Shown here: positions 49,523 through 58,491 of the stretch, piece after piece | Position numbering within the stretch: position 1 is the stretch's first letter | Layout of the letters: each line of letters opens with the position of its first letter | The notes under the pieces: model-generated | Seen by the model: the letters and a program-made list of their open reading frames with translations, nothing else | What the model was told of the DNA's origin: nothing | Databases searched by the model: none | DNA from: Microgenomates group bacterium | GTDB lineage: Bacteria; Patescibacteriota; Microgenomatia; PFEM01; JBNASD01 | Reading direction: 5' to 3' | Assembly: GCA_049720225.1 (NCBI GenBank) | Contig: JBNASD010000002.1 | Location: 1,622-65,621 of the forward strand | DNA: 64,000 bases | Program-made: the position numbers and the translations under genes

Positions 49523-49864
49523 ATTGATTCGACGGAAAGGTACCTTAAAAACTGCAAGCCGAGGTGATGCTCCTCGTAAAAAGCATCAAAAAATAACTGC
49601 CGATAATTCCTATCGGTTCGCTTACGCTGCTTACGCATAAGCGACGGTAAATAAGTTTTCTCCCAACAAAACTTATTTACCGGGAACAACGTTGGGATGC
49701 GGTTTATCTGTTGGCGAGCAGATAAGCCTAAGTTTTTTTCGCCTTTGCCTTAACTTTCCGGCTACCAGGATCAGGTTAAGGCAAGAACTAAAAGGTAGCT
49801 AAGCTTGTAGATGTTTTTAAGTTACCTTTTCCGGACCCCGCTTCGCTGGCGGGCATCTCCACCA
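49515..49864 (+). ncRNA. ssrA: tmRNA (ssrA), CCA encoded
   Basis: 5' GGGGAUGAAUUGAUUCGACGG matches the tmRNA 5' consensus; 3' T-arm CCCGC-TTCGCTG-GCGGG; 7-bp acceptor pairing of GGGGATG with CATCTCC, then ACCA. The candidate tag ORF at 49599..49640 encodes ADNSYRFAYAAYA followed by a stop. Confidence 0.8.
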
Positions 49865-50554
49865 GTGATAAATAATTTTCTTTTTCCCCGTCGTTGTTTA
49901 GGTTGTGGGGAAGAAGGAAGTTATTTTTGTTCTTCTTGTTTAAATTTAATTCCTGTTAAAAGTCAGCAGATTTGTCCTGTTTGTCAAAAATTATCTTTTG
50001 GAGGCAAAACTCATCCTTGGTGTGTTAGCGAATGGGGAATGAATGGCCTTACTTCAGGATTTTATTATCAGGGGATAATTAAAAAAGCGATTAAAAAAAT
50101 AAAATATCGGTTAGTTAGAGACTTAAGTGAGGAATTGATTAATCTTTTTTTAACGATAATTGGGGAAGAAAAAGAATTCAGGCATTTTTGTTTAGAAAAC
50201 CAGGTAATTCTTGTTCCCATTCCTCTTCATTTTTCGCGATTGCGTTGGCGAGGTTTTAATCAGGCAGAAGTTTTAGGAAGATTGGTGGCAAAAAATTTAG
50301 GGACTGATTTTTTGCCTGATTTGCTAATTCGGATAAAAAAAACTAAACCCCAGGCGGATTTAGATAAAAAAGAAAGAGAAAAAAATTTACGAAATGCTTT
50401 TGTTTTAAATAAAAAATGGCAAAAAGAAATAAAAGGAAAGGGAATTATTCTTTTTGATGATATTTGGACCACCGGAGCAACTTTAAAGGAAGCAACAAAA
50501 ACTTTAAAAAGAAATGGAGCAAGAAAAGTTTGGGGATTAACCCTTGCTGGATGA
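49865..50554 (+). CDS. comFC: ComF family phosphoribosyltransferase-domain protein (competence protein ComFC-like)
   Basis: N-terminal double CxxC zinc finger (CLGCG...CSSC...CPVCQ) and PRTase motif ILFDDIWTTGATL. A GTG start at 49865 sits immediately after the tmRNA CCA; the track's ATG at 49811 lies inside the tmRNA. Confidence 0.7.
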   Translation: MINNFLFPRRCLGCGEEGSYFCSSCLNLIPVKSQQICPVCQKLSFGGKTHPWCVSEWGMNGLTSGFYYQGIIKKAIKKIKYRLVRDLSEELINLFLTIIGEEKEFRHFCLENQVILVPIPLHFSRLRWRGFNQAEVLGRLVAKNLGTDFLPDLLIRIKKTKPQADLDKKEREKNLRNAFVLNKKWQKEIKGKGIILFDDIWTTGATLKEATKTLKRNGARKVWGLTLAG

Positions 50555-50585
50555 AAAGGGTGGTCATTTTTTGTTAAAATAAACA

Positions 50586-50671
50586 CGGAGGCGTCGCATA
50601 GTGGTCCAGTGCGAGGGTTTGCTAAACCCTTGAGCCGCAAGGCTCACGTGGGTTCGAATCCCACCGCCTCC
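50586..50671 (+). tRNA. tRNA-Ser (GCU)
   Basis: Acceptor GGAGGCG/CGCCTCC; anticodon arm AGGGT-TTGCTAA-ACCCT; long variable arm; GGTTCGAATCC T-loop. Confidence 0.85.
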
Positions 50672-50679
50672 GCTTACAA

Positions 50680-50764
50680 CGGAGGGTTGGCAGAGCGGTC
50701 AAATGCGCGGGTCTTGAAAACCCGACCCCTTTGGGGTACGCAGGTTCGAATCCTGCACCCTCCG
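50680..50764 (+). tRNA. tRNA-Ser (UGA)
   Basis: Acceptor GGAGGGT/ACCCTCC; anticodon arm CGGGT-CTTGAAA-ACCCG; long variable arm. Confidence 0.85.
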
Positions 50765-50772
50765 CTTAATTT

Positions 50773-51567
50773 ATGAACTTTTGGCAAATTATTATTTTAG
50801 GGGTAATTGAGGGGTTTACCGAATTTCTTCCCATTTCCTCAACTGCCCATTTAATTTTAACCACTAAAGTTCTTAATATTGGTTTTAGTGAGTTTGTAAA
50901 AAGCTTTGAAATTGCTATCCAGCTAGGAGCAATTTTAGGGGTGGTTTTTTTATATTGGAAAAAGATTATTTTTACCAAAAAGATAATTAAAAAAATAGTT
51001 ATCGCCTTTTTGCCAACCGCCTTTTTTGGAGCTTTTCTTTATAAATTATTTAAAAACTATTTGATGGAAAATCTATTAATTATTGTTTGGATGTTAGTTT
51101 TAGGAGGAGTCTTTTTAATTATTTTTGAATCCTGGTATAAAGAAAAGAAAGAAAGTATAAAAACAATTGAGGAAATTTCCAATAAAAATTGTTTTTTGGT
51201 TGGTATTTTTCAGTCATTGGCAATCATTCCCGGCGTCTCGCGAGCGGCGGCTACCATTTTAGGAGGATTATTTTTAGGAATAAGCAGAAAAACAATTGTT
51301 GAATTTTCTTTTCTTTTAGCTATTCCCACAATGTTAGGAGCAACTACTTATGATTTATTGCGGGTAGGGTTTACTTTTTCTTCTCAACAGTTTGTTCAAC
51401 TTTTGGCGGGATTTTTAATTTCTTGCTTGGTAGCGATAATCACCGTTAAGGGTTTTCTTAGATATATTCAGAAGCACGATTTTAGATTATTTGGTTTTTA
51501 CCGAATTGGATTGGGATTAATTTTTTATTTGTTGCTTGTATTTAATAAAATTATGTTTAATAATTAG
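50773..51567 (+). CDS. uppP: undecaprenyl-diphosphatase
   Basis: 264 aa; N-terminal GVIEGFTEFLPISSTAHL and PGVSRAAAT motifs of BacA/UppP. Confidence 0.9.
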   Translation: MNFWQIIILGVIEGFTEFLPISSTAHLILTTKVLNIGFSEFVKSFEIAIQLGAILGVVFLYWKKIIFTKKIIKKIVIAFLPTAFFGAFLYKLFKNYLMENLLIIVWMLVLGGVFLIIFESWYKEKKESIKTIEEISNKNCFLVGIFQSLAIIPGVSRAAATILGGLFLGISRKTIVEFSFLLAIPTMLGATTYDLLRVGFTFSSQQFVQLLAGFLISCLVAIITVKGFLRYIQKHDFRLFGFYRIGLGLIFYLLLVFNKIMFNN

Positions 51568-51616
51568 TTAAGGTTTTTAAATTGAAATTTAAAGCCTTAA
51601 GTCTTAAAATAAAAAT

Positions 51617-52129
51617 ATGCCTGCCAATAAAAACAAAGAAAATAATTTAAAAGACAATCGCACTTTGAAAACTTTGTTAGAATGGGAAGCACCTTCAAGA
51701 ATTTTTAAACCAAAAAGTAAAGAATTTTTTTCGACAGTTTTAACTATTGGCGCCCTTTTTGTGGTGATTTTAGTTTTTTTAAAGGAATGGTTTTTAATTT
51801 TAACCATTATTAGTTTAATTTTTTTAGTTTTTGTTTTTTATAAAGTCCCTCCCCAAAAAGTGAAACATAAGATTACTAATCGGGGGGTGGTAAGCGGAGA
51901 AACACAATATCCGTGGGAAGATTTTGTCCGTTTTTGGATAGAAGAAAAAGATGGCCAAAAAATTTTGTATTTAGATCGAGTTCGTCCTCCTTATCGATTG
52001 ATGATGTTAATAGATTCTCCGAAAGAAGTAAAAGAAATTCTTCTTGATTATTTACCAGAAGAAAAACCCCAACCAACCTTTTTAGAAAAAGCCTCAAACT
52101 GGTTAAGTGAAAAATTTCCCTTAGAGTAA
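51617..52129 (+). CDS. hypothetical membrane protein (two TM helices plus small soluble domain)
   Basis: 170 aa ORF; no motif recognised. Confidence 0.35.
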   Translation: MPANKNKENNLKDNRTLKTLLEWEAPSRIFKPKSKEFFSTVLTIGALFVVILVFLKEWFLILTIISLIFLVFVFYKVPPQKVKHKITNRGVVSGETQYPWEDFVRFWIEEKDGQKILYLDRVRPPYRLMMLIDSPKEVKEILLDYLPEEKPQPTFLEKASNWLSEKFPLE

Positions 52130-52132
52130 TAA

Positions 52133-52204
52133 GCTTCCGTAGCTTAACGGATAAAGCATCGGCCTGCGGAGCCGAAGATGCCAGTTCGACTCTGGCCGGA
52201 AGCA
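52133..52204 (+). tRNA. tRNA-Arg (GCG)
   Basis: Acceptor GCTTCCG/CGGAAGC; anticodon arm TCGGC-CTGCGGA-GCCGA; T-arm GCCAG-TTCGACT-CTGGC. The minus-strand ORFs 51876..52205 and 52205..52450 are artefacts over the tRNAs. Confidence 0.8.
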
Positions 52205-52209
52205 CTAAC

Positions 52210-52294
52210 GGAGGGTTGGCAGAGCGGTCAAATGCGTTCGCCTCGAAAGCGAAAGGACTTTTGTCCTACGCAGGTTCGAATCCTGCACCCTCCG
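52210..52294 (+). tRNA. tRNA-Ser (CGA)
   Basis: Acceptor GGAGGGT/ACCCTCC; anticodon arm TTCGC-CTCGAAA-GCGAA; long variable arm. Confidence 0.85.
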
Positions 52295-52377
52295 CCAAGC
52301 AAAAAACCTTAACCCTTTTCTAGGAGGTTTAAAAGTTGATTTTAGGAAAAAATTAAATTTTTTAAAAGAAGTTTGTG

Positions 52378-52449
52378 GCCTCTGTAGCTTAACGGATAAA
52401 GCATCGGCCTCCGGAGCCGAGAATGCCAGTTCGACTCTGGCCAGAGGCA
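52378..52449 (+). tRNA. tRNA-Arg (CCG)
   Basis: Near-duplicate of the 52133 tRNA, with anticodon loop CTCCGGA and acceptor GCCTCTG/CAGAGGC. Confidence 0.8.
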
Positions 52450-52515
52450 CAATTAGAAAGAAAAAAAGAGAAGTATTTATAGCGGTGGCTAGTTTTATAG
52501 AGATAATCTAAATTT

Positions 52516-53250
52516 ATGAAGCTTATATTTAAAATTAATCCCCTCTATTTTATTGCCCACACTCTTTCCAGCATTACTAACGATAGATTTTCTTCAATTA
52601 AATATAAAAAAGACATTGTCAATTTTCAGAATTATGCTTGGAAAGAATCCAAAAATTGCTATGATTTATTGGCGGGAAGAATAACATTTCCTGAAAGGTT
52701 TACGGATAAAAAAATTATTAATGAGATTGGAAATGTTTCTTTATTTCTTGCTAAGCTTCAAAAATCAAAAGAATATCAAAAAATTTTCAAACAGACCCAA
52801 GAATATTTAAAACTTTGTCAAAAAAGGTGGGAGGAAAGTTACGAAACGACTTTTAAAATTATGAAAGAGTTGACCGGCTTAAAATTTAATAAAAGTTTTA
52901 TCGTTTATATTACCCACCCTAGCCTGAAAAACGGTTGTTATTTAGGAAAAAACCAAATAGCGTGGGGTCATAATGAGGATTGGCCAAATTATTCTGTAAT
53001 TTATTTATGGCATGAAATACTTCACTCTTACTTTTCAAATTCAGAACTAGATCATGCTCTTATATCGTTGGCTACTGACGAAGAATTAAGAGTTAGATTA
53101 AACGGAGGAAAATATCCACCTTTTATTTCTCATAAAGAACTGTTTCCTCTTATGAGAAAAATTCTGCCATTTTGGCGAGAATATTTAATCTCTAAAAAGA
53201 AAAATCTTTTTGGTTTTCGGAAAAAAATTAATAAAATAATAAAAATTTAG
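52516..53250 (+). CDS. hypothetical protein with HExxH motif (putative zinc metallopeptidase-like)
   Basis: 244 aa; YLWHEILHSYF contains HEILH; no other domain recognised. Confidence 0.4.
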   Translation: MKLIFKINPLYFIAHTLSSITNDRFSSIKYKKDIVNFQNYAWKESKNCYDLLAGRITFPERFTDKKIINEIGNVSLFLAKLQKSKEYQKIFKQTQEYLKLCQKRWEESYETTFKIMKELTGLKFNKSFIVYITHPSLKNGCYLGKNQIAWGHNEDWPNYSVIYLWHEILHSYFSNSELDHALISLATDEELRVRLNGGKYPPFISHKELFPLMRKILPFWREYLISKKKNLFGFRKKINKIIKI

Positions 53251-53272
53251 AGTGATTAATTTTCTGCGAAAG

Positions 53273-53659
53273 TTAAGAAGGAAGGCATTTCTGTTCGCAG
53301 TTAAAAAGTTTTTCTGGCTCTTCGGAGTATTTTTCTATACAAGCTTCAACGCAATTTTTACAATAAATAAATTCGTCACTTTCTACTAATTGGCATTTTC
53401 CTTCTTTTATTTCACAGGAAGCAAATTGCCGGCAACCATCGCCAATTTGGTATTCTAGACTACATACTTCAGGAATGTTAGGACCACATTTAATTTCTAA
53501 TCCATGGCAGTTTTCAATTCCGCACTTTTGACTACTTAATGGGGGAATATTTTGGGGAATTTTACTCGAAGAGTTTTTCTTTTGAAAAAGAATAATAAAC
53601 AAAAAAGAAAAGAATAAAAAAGAAAAAAGAAAAATAATAAATTTATTTTTAATTGGCAC
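53273..53659 (-). CDS. small membrane-anchored or secreted Cys-rich protein
   Basis: 128 aa; N-terminal hydrophobic helix; about 12 Cys in the C-terminal 80 residues. Confidence 0.4.
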   Translation of the reverse strand: MPIKNKFIIFLFSFLFFSFLFIILFQKKNSSSKIPQNIPPLSSQKCGIENCHGLEIKCGPNIPEVCSLEYQIGDGCRQFASCEIKEGKCQLVESDEFIYCKNCVEACIEKYSEEPEKLFNCEQKCLPS

Positions 53660-53723
53660 TAAATAAAGTTTAAAAAATTAAAATTTTATTGTCAAGGATG
53701 ATAAAATAAAAGTTAAATTTTAA

Positions 53724-54182
53724 ATGAATTTTAAAAATAAAAAAATAAAAAGGGAATTTTCCGCCGGAGGAGTGGTTTTTCGTCAGGAGCCAGAAGGAAT
53801 CTTATGGTTAATAATTAGACCCAAGGGATCAAATCAATGGCGATTTCCTAAAGGAAAAATAGAAAAAGGAGAAAAAGCAGAACAAACTGCTTTAAGGGAG
53901 GTTAAGGAAGAAGGAGGAGTAGAGGCGGAAATTTTAAAAAAATTGTTGCCAATAAAATATTTTTATTTTCAAGATAATCAAAGAATTTTTAAGACGGTAG
54001 TTTTTTTCTTAATGAAGTATTTACAAGAAAGTAGTGAAATTTTAAGCTGGGAAACAGAGGAAATCGCTTGGTTACCGGAAGAAAAAGCCAAGGAAAGATT
54101 AGCTTTTGAAAACGAAAAAAAACTTTTGAGGGAAGCGGTTAAAGAATTAGAAAAAATGAAAAATGAAGGGTTTTTAAATTAG
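53724..54182 (+). CDS. NUDIX hydrolase
   Basis: 152 aa; Nudix box GKIEKGEKAEQTALREVKEEGGV. Confidence 0.8.
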   Translation: MNFKNKKIKREFSAGGVVFRQEPEGILWLIIRPKGSNQWRFPKGKIEKGEKAEQTALREVKEEGGVEAEILKKLLPIKYFYFQDNQRIFKTVVFFLMKYLQESSEILSWETEEIAWLPEEKAKERLAFENEKKLLREAVKELEKMKNEGFLN

Positions 54183-54274
54183 GGTGGGGTGCCGGAGTGG
54201 ACGAACGGGCGCGCCTGGAGAGCGCGTGTCTGGCGTAGGCCGGACCGTGGGTTCGAATCCCACCTCCACCGCCA
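54183..54274 (+). tRNA. tRNA-Ser (GGA), CCA encoded
   Basis: Starts one nt after the NUDIX stop codon; acceptor GGTGGGG/CTCCACC; anticodon arm CGCGC-CTGGAGA-GCGCG; long variable arm; GGTTCGAATCC; then GCCA. Confidence 0.85.
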
Positions 54275-54305
54275 ATTATTTTAAATTTTTAAAAGCTATT
54301 TTCTT

Positions 54306-55040
54306 ATGATTAAAAAGTTTTATTTCCAAAAATTGCTTTCTACTGATTTTTCCCAAATTAGAAAATTTTTTAAAGTTGATTTTTTAAATTCTTCTTTTGG
54401 TAATTTTCCCTTATTAAAATTTTCCCAAATAATTTCTAAAAATTATCCCTTGTTGGTGATAATGGCTGGTTGTCATGGAGAAGAAATTGCTTCAACTTTA
54501 TCTATTTTTGAAAATTATCGCTTAATTTCTGCTGAGGCAAGAAGGCATAAAGTTAATTTAATTATTTATCCTCTGGTAAATCCTTGGGGATTTTTTAAAA
54601 ATCAGCGTTATAATCAAGAGGGATTAAATTGTAATCGTGGTTGGATTCATCAAAAGATTAAAAAAGCTAAAGAAGTAAAAATAATTTTAAAAGACCTTAA
54701 AAAAATAAAACCACTTATTTTTGCTAGCCTTCATGAAGATAGCGAGGTAGAAAAAGAGTTTTTTCTTTATTCCTTTGGGGAAAGAAAATACGAGAAATTT
54801 TTAATTGAAGTAGGAAAAAAATACTTTCCTATTTTAAAAGACGGTTTTCAAGAAGGAGTAAGAGTGAAAGATGGAGTTGTTTTTAATGATCATGATGGTT
54901 TAGCAGAAGACTTTATGCACCATCGGGGATGTAAGTTTGCATGTTGTACAGAAACTCCTTTAAAACAATCGTTAATTAAAAGAAAAAAATGTAATCGTGA
55001 TTTAATATTAAAACTAATTGAACTTACTTCTGAAGGATAA
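54306..55040 (+). CDS. M14-like zinc carboxypeptidase / succinylglutamate desuccinylase-aspartoacylase family protein
   Basis: 244 aa; MAGCHGEE (HxxE zinc motif) and SLHED second His motif. Confidence 0.5.
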   Translation: MIKKFYFQKLLSTDFSQIRKFFKVDFLNSSFGNFPLLKFSQIISKNYPLLVIMAGCHGEEIASTLSIFENYRLISAEARRHKVNLIIYPLVNPWGFFKNQRYNQEGLNCNRGWIHQKIKKAKEVKIILKDLKKIKPLIFASLHEDSEVEKEFFLYSFGERKYEKFLIEVGKKYFPILKDGFQEGVRVKDGVVFNDHDGLAEDFMHHRGCKFACCTETPLKQSLIKRKKCNRDLILKLIELTSEG

Positions 55041-55125
55041 TTTTTCTACTTGCGCGGAAATTTTGCGGTAAATTTGCGGAGAAAAATAAAAATTTAGGAA
55101 GGTCGTGGTAAAATTAAACTAATAA

Positions 55126-56904
55126 ATGGTGGATGAAATCGAGGAAATTAAAAGAAAAATTGATATTGTCGAGTTTATTTCTCGGTATGTTCCTTTAAAA
55201 AAAGCGGGAAGAAATTTTAAAGCTTTATGCCCTTTTCATAGCGAAAAAACTCCTTCTTTTTTTGTTTCTCCCGAAAGACAGATTTGGCATTGTTTTGGCG
55301 CTTGTAATGAAGGGGGAGATATTTTTAAGTTTTTAATGAAGATAGAAAATATTGAATTTGGGGAAGCGTTAAAAGAACTAGCTTCCCAAGCGGGAGTAAG
55401 ATTAACTCGTTATCAACCGACTCCTAGAGAAAAGGAAAAACAGATTTTGTATGAAATTAATCATTTAGCGGCTGAATTTTATCACTATCTTTTGCTAAAC
55501 CACCCAATTGGAAAAAAAGCTTTAGATTATATTTTTAGTCGGGGAATAAAAAAAGAATCAATAGAAAAATTTAAAATTGGTTATGCTCCTAATGCTTGGG
55601 AGGAATTACAAAAGTTTTTAGTGCGAAAGAAAGGTTATCAAATTAAAGATTTAGAGAAAGCAGGGTTGATTATTCCTAGTTTAAGAGGGAGGGGTTATTA
55701 TGATCGTTTTCGGGGACGAATAATTTTTCCTCTCCGTGATCATCGAGGAAATATTTGTGGTTTTTCTGGTCGAGTTTTGCTTCCTGAAGTAAAGGAAGCA
55801 AAGTATATCAATACGCCAGAAACTTTAATTTACCATAAATCAGAGCTTCTTTATGGTTTTTTTGAAAACAAAGAAGAAATTAAAAAAGTAGATGAAATAA
55901 TTTTGGTTGAAGGAGAATTTGATATGATTTCTTCTTGGCAGGTAGGGGTAAGAAATGTGGTGGCTATAAAAGGCTCTGCTTTAACCCAACGACAGATAGA
56001 GCTTATTTCTCGTTTGACTAAAAATTTAACTTTTGCTTTAGATTCTGATATTGCCGGTGATCAAGCGGCTCGAAGAGGAATTGAAGTTGCGGAAAATTTT
56101 GGGATGATGATGAGGGTGGTAGAGATAAAAGGAGGGAAAGATCCTGATGAAGTCGCCCAAAAAAATCCTTTGCTTTGGCAGAAACTAGTAAAGAATGCGG
56201 TAGGAATTTATGATTACTTTATCGATTCTGCCTTAAAACGTTTTGATCCGAATAAAGTAGAGGGGAAAAGAAAAATTGGAGAAGAATTAGTGCCTTTATT
56301 GGCCAAAATTAGCGATAAAATTGTTCAGAATCATTATATAAAAATTCTAGCTGAGAAATTAAAGGTAGGCGAAGAAGCTATTTTTTTACAAATAGAAAAA
56401 ATAATTAAAAACAATTTTCAGAAAGAAGAAAATCAAAAAGTTTTTTTCTCTTCAACCAATAGACGAGAAATTTTAGAAGAATATCTTTTGGCCTTGGCTT
56501 TTCAGTCAGGAAAATGGGCTAAGTTGGTAAAAAGAAAGGTGGTTAAATTAATTAAAACACCGCGATTTTTAAGAATCATAGAAGCATTAATTGATTATCT
56601 TAAAAAATATAAAAAATTAAATTCGGAAAAATTGGCTTCCTTTTTGCCCCCAGAACTTCAAGAAACCTTTAATCGTCTTTATTTAATTCAATTGGGAGAG
56701 GTAGTGGAAGATGATCAGCATTGGGAGAAAGAATTTACCAAAACTTTAAAAGAATTAGAAAAAACAGAAATTAAAGAGAGAATGAACTTTTTAGCAGAAG
56801 AAATTAAACGATTAGAAAAAGAAGGGGAGGAAGAAAAAGCAGAGAAACTGAGTCAGCAATTAAGCGAATTAGGGAATAAATTAGCTTCTTTAGAAGAAAA
56901 ATAG
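55126..56904 (+). CDS. dnaG: DNA primase
   Basis: 592 aa; zinc-ribbon CPFHSEKTPSF...HCFGC; TOPRIM EGEFDMIS...DSDIAGDQAA. Confidence 0.9.
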   Translation: MVDEIEEIKRKIDIVEFISRYVPLKKAGRNFKALCPFHSEKTPSFFVSPERQIWHCFGACNEGGDIFKFLMKIENIEFGEALKELASQAGVRLTRYQPTPREKEKQILYEINHLAAEFYHYLLLNHPIGKKALDYIFSRGIKKESIEKFKIGYAPNAWEELQKFLVRKKGYQIKDLEKAGLIIPSLRGRGYYDRFRGRIIFPLRDHRGNICGFSGRVLLPEVKEAKYINTPETLIYHKSELLYGFFENKEEIKKVDEIILVEGEFDMISSWQVGVRNVVAIKGSALTQRQIELISRLTKNLTFALDSDIAGDQAARRGIEVAENFGMMMRVVEIKGGKDPDEVAQKNPLLWQKLVKNAVGIYDYFIDSALKRFDPNKVEGKRKIGEELVPLLAKISDKIVQNHYIKILAEKLKVGEEAIFLQIEKIIKNNFQKEENQKVFFSSTNRREILEEYLLALAFQSGKWAKLVKRKVVKLIKTPRFLRIIEALIDYLKKYKKLNSEKLASFLPPELQETFNRLYLIQLGEVVEDDQHWEKEFTKTLKELEKTEIKERMNFLAEEIKRLEKEGEEEKAEKLSQQLSELGNKLASLEEK

Positions 56905-56924
56905 TAAAATAAGATGATAAGAAA

Positions 56925-58016
56925 ATGGGCTATAAGTTTTCCAAAGAAGTTCAAAAATTGATTGAGAAAGGAAAAAAACAGGGTTTTTTAACCCAAGATG
57001 AGGTATTGGAAGTTTTTCCCAACGCGGAGGAGAGACTAGAGGAGTTAGATAATTTTTATGATGTTTTATTTAAAGAGCAAGTAGACGTTTTTGATTCAAT
57101 TACCGAGAAAGAAATCTTGGAAGATGAAAAAGCAACGGCGGATTTAGAAAAAGAATTACGAATGCTAGTGGCTTTAGAAAGTAAAGTTTCTTCAACCGAT
57201 CCGGTGAGAATGTATCTTAAAGAAATTGGTAAAACTCCTTTATTAACCGCCGAAGAAGAAATAGAACTGGCAAAAAGAATAGAAAAAGGCGATGTTAAGG
57301 CTAAAAATAAATTGATAAAGTCTAATTTAAGACTCGTTGTTTCCATTGCTAAAAGATATATTGGTCGGGGATTAACCTTTTTGGATTTAATTCAGGAGGG
57401 AAATCAAGGTTTGATGCGGGCGGTAGAAAAATATGATTGGCGAAGGGGTTATAAATTTTCTACCTACGCGACTTGGTGGATAAGACAAGCAATTACTCGG
57501 GCAATTGCGGACCAAGCAAGAACAATTAGAATTCCCGTTCATATGGTGGAAACCATTAATCGTCTATATCGAGTTTCTCGAAAACTAACTCAAGAATTAG
57601 ATCGGGAACCAACTCCAAAAGAAATTGCCCAAGAAATGGGAATGAGCGAAGAAAAAGTGAGAGAAATTTTAAAGATTTCGCAAACGACTACTTCCTTAGA
57701 AAAACCAGTAGGAGACGAAGGTGATTCTTTATTGGGAGATTTTATTCAGGACACGACCAATCCTAGTCCTTATGACAGCGCTTCAAAACAGCTTTTAAAA
57801 GAAACATTAAGGGAAGTTTTAGATACGCTTTCTGAAAGAGAAGCAAAGGTTTTAAAAATGCGGTTTGGTTTAGATGGTTATAAACCGATGACTTTGGAAG
57901 AAGTGGGAAGGGAGTTTGGAGTAACCAGAGAAAGAATTCGCCAAATTGAGGTTAAAGCCTTAAGAAAGTTAAAGCATCCTTCAAGAAGGAAAAAGTTACA
58001 AGATTATTTAGAGTGA
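56925..58016 (+). CDS. rpoD: RNA polymerase sigma factor RpoD (primary sigma-70)
   Basis: 363 aa; regions 1.2, 2 ([18 protein letters not shown]), 3 and 4.2 ([15 protein letters not shown]...RERIRQIE). Confidence 0.95.
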   Translation: MGYKFSKEVQKLIEKGKKQGFLTQDEVLEVFPNAEERLEELDNFYDVLFKEQVDVFDSITEKEILEDEKATADLEKELRMLVALESKVSSTDPVRMYLKEIGKTPLLTAEEEIELAKRIEKGDVKAKNKLIKSNLRLVVSIAKRYIGRGLTFLDLIQEGNQGLMRAVEKYDWRRGYKFSTYATWWIRQAITRAIADQARTIRIPVHMVETINRLYRVSRKLTQELDREPTPKEIAQEMGMSEEKVREILKISQTTTSLEKPVGDEGDSLLGDFIQDTTNPSPYDSASKQLLKETLREVLDTLSEREAKVLKMRFGLDGYKPMTLEEVGREFGVTRERIRQIEVKALRKLKHPSRRKKLQDYLE

Positions 58017-58342
58017 AATTTAAAAATATGAATCCAGAAAGAAAAGAACCTTATCAGTCACCAAAAAGGATGCCTTTTCCTGGAGATGTTTTTTATCAAC
58101 CTTTAGATCCTTTTGATTATGCGTGCAAAAGGGTTATAAAAGAAGAAATAGAAAAATTATTAGAAGGTTTAACTCAACGTCAAAGAGAGGTAATTGTAGA
58201 GAGATTTGGATTAGGAGGAGAGGAACAAAGAAGTTTAAGGGAAATAGGAAATAAGTTAGGTTTAACTCCTGAAAGAGTTAGGCAAATTGAAAAAGATGCT
58301 TTAGAAAAATTAAGAAATAGAAGAAATAAAATTCCTTATTAA
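58013..58342 (+). CDS. stand-alone sigma-70 region-4 domain protein
   Basis: 109 aa; [48 protein letters not shown] parallels region 4.2 of the upstream RpoD; ATGA overlap with the rpoD stop. Confidence 0.55.
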   Translation: MKFKNMNPERKEPYQSPKRMPFPGDVFYQPLDPFDYACKRVIKEEIEKLLEGLTQRQREVIVERFGLGGEEQRSLREIGNKLGLTPERVRQIEKDALEKLRNRRNKIPY

Positions 58343-58407
58343 GTAAAGAAAATTTAGAAAATAAGGTTGAGGAAAAAAGAAACCTTTGTTAAAATAATTA
58401 AACCAAT

Positions 58408-58479
58408 TCCGGCGTGGCGCAACGGTAGCGCGAGGACCTGTTAAGTCCGAGGTTGGAGGTTCGAATCCTCCCGCCGGAG
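58408..58479 (+). tRNA. tRNA-Asn (GUU)
   Basis: U1-A72 acceptor (TCCGGCG/CGCCGGA) as in other bacterial tRNA-Asn; anticodon loop CTGTTAA; T-arm GGAGG-TTCGAAT-CCTCC. My fold has an A27-G43 mismatch. Confidence 0.7.
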
Positions 58480-58491
58480 CAAAGAGTTTTT

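Noticed and set aside
49811-49864. ATG start of the comFC ORF at 49811 in the ORF track
   Set aside because: This stretch is the 3' T-arm and acceptor of the tmRNA. An in-frame GTG at 49865 immediately after the CCA gives a ComF protein with the expected CxxC N-terminus, so the extension is spurious.
51876-52450. Two minus-strand ORFs (109 and 81 aa) in the ORF track
   Set aside because: They are translations of three plus-strand tRNA genes (Arg-GCG, Ser-CGA, Arg-CCG); the repeated LARVELA peptide reflects tRNA sequence..
58343-58407. Possible terminator hairpin after the sigma region-4 gene
   Set aside because: The only pairing (AAGGTT...AACCTT) has a 13-nt loop and no T-run, which is too weak to call.
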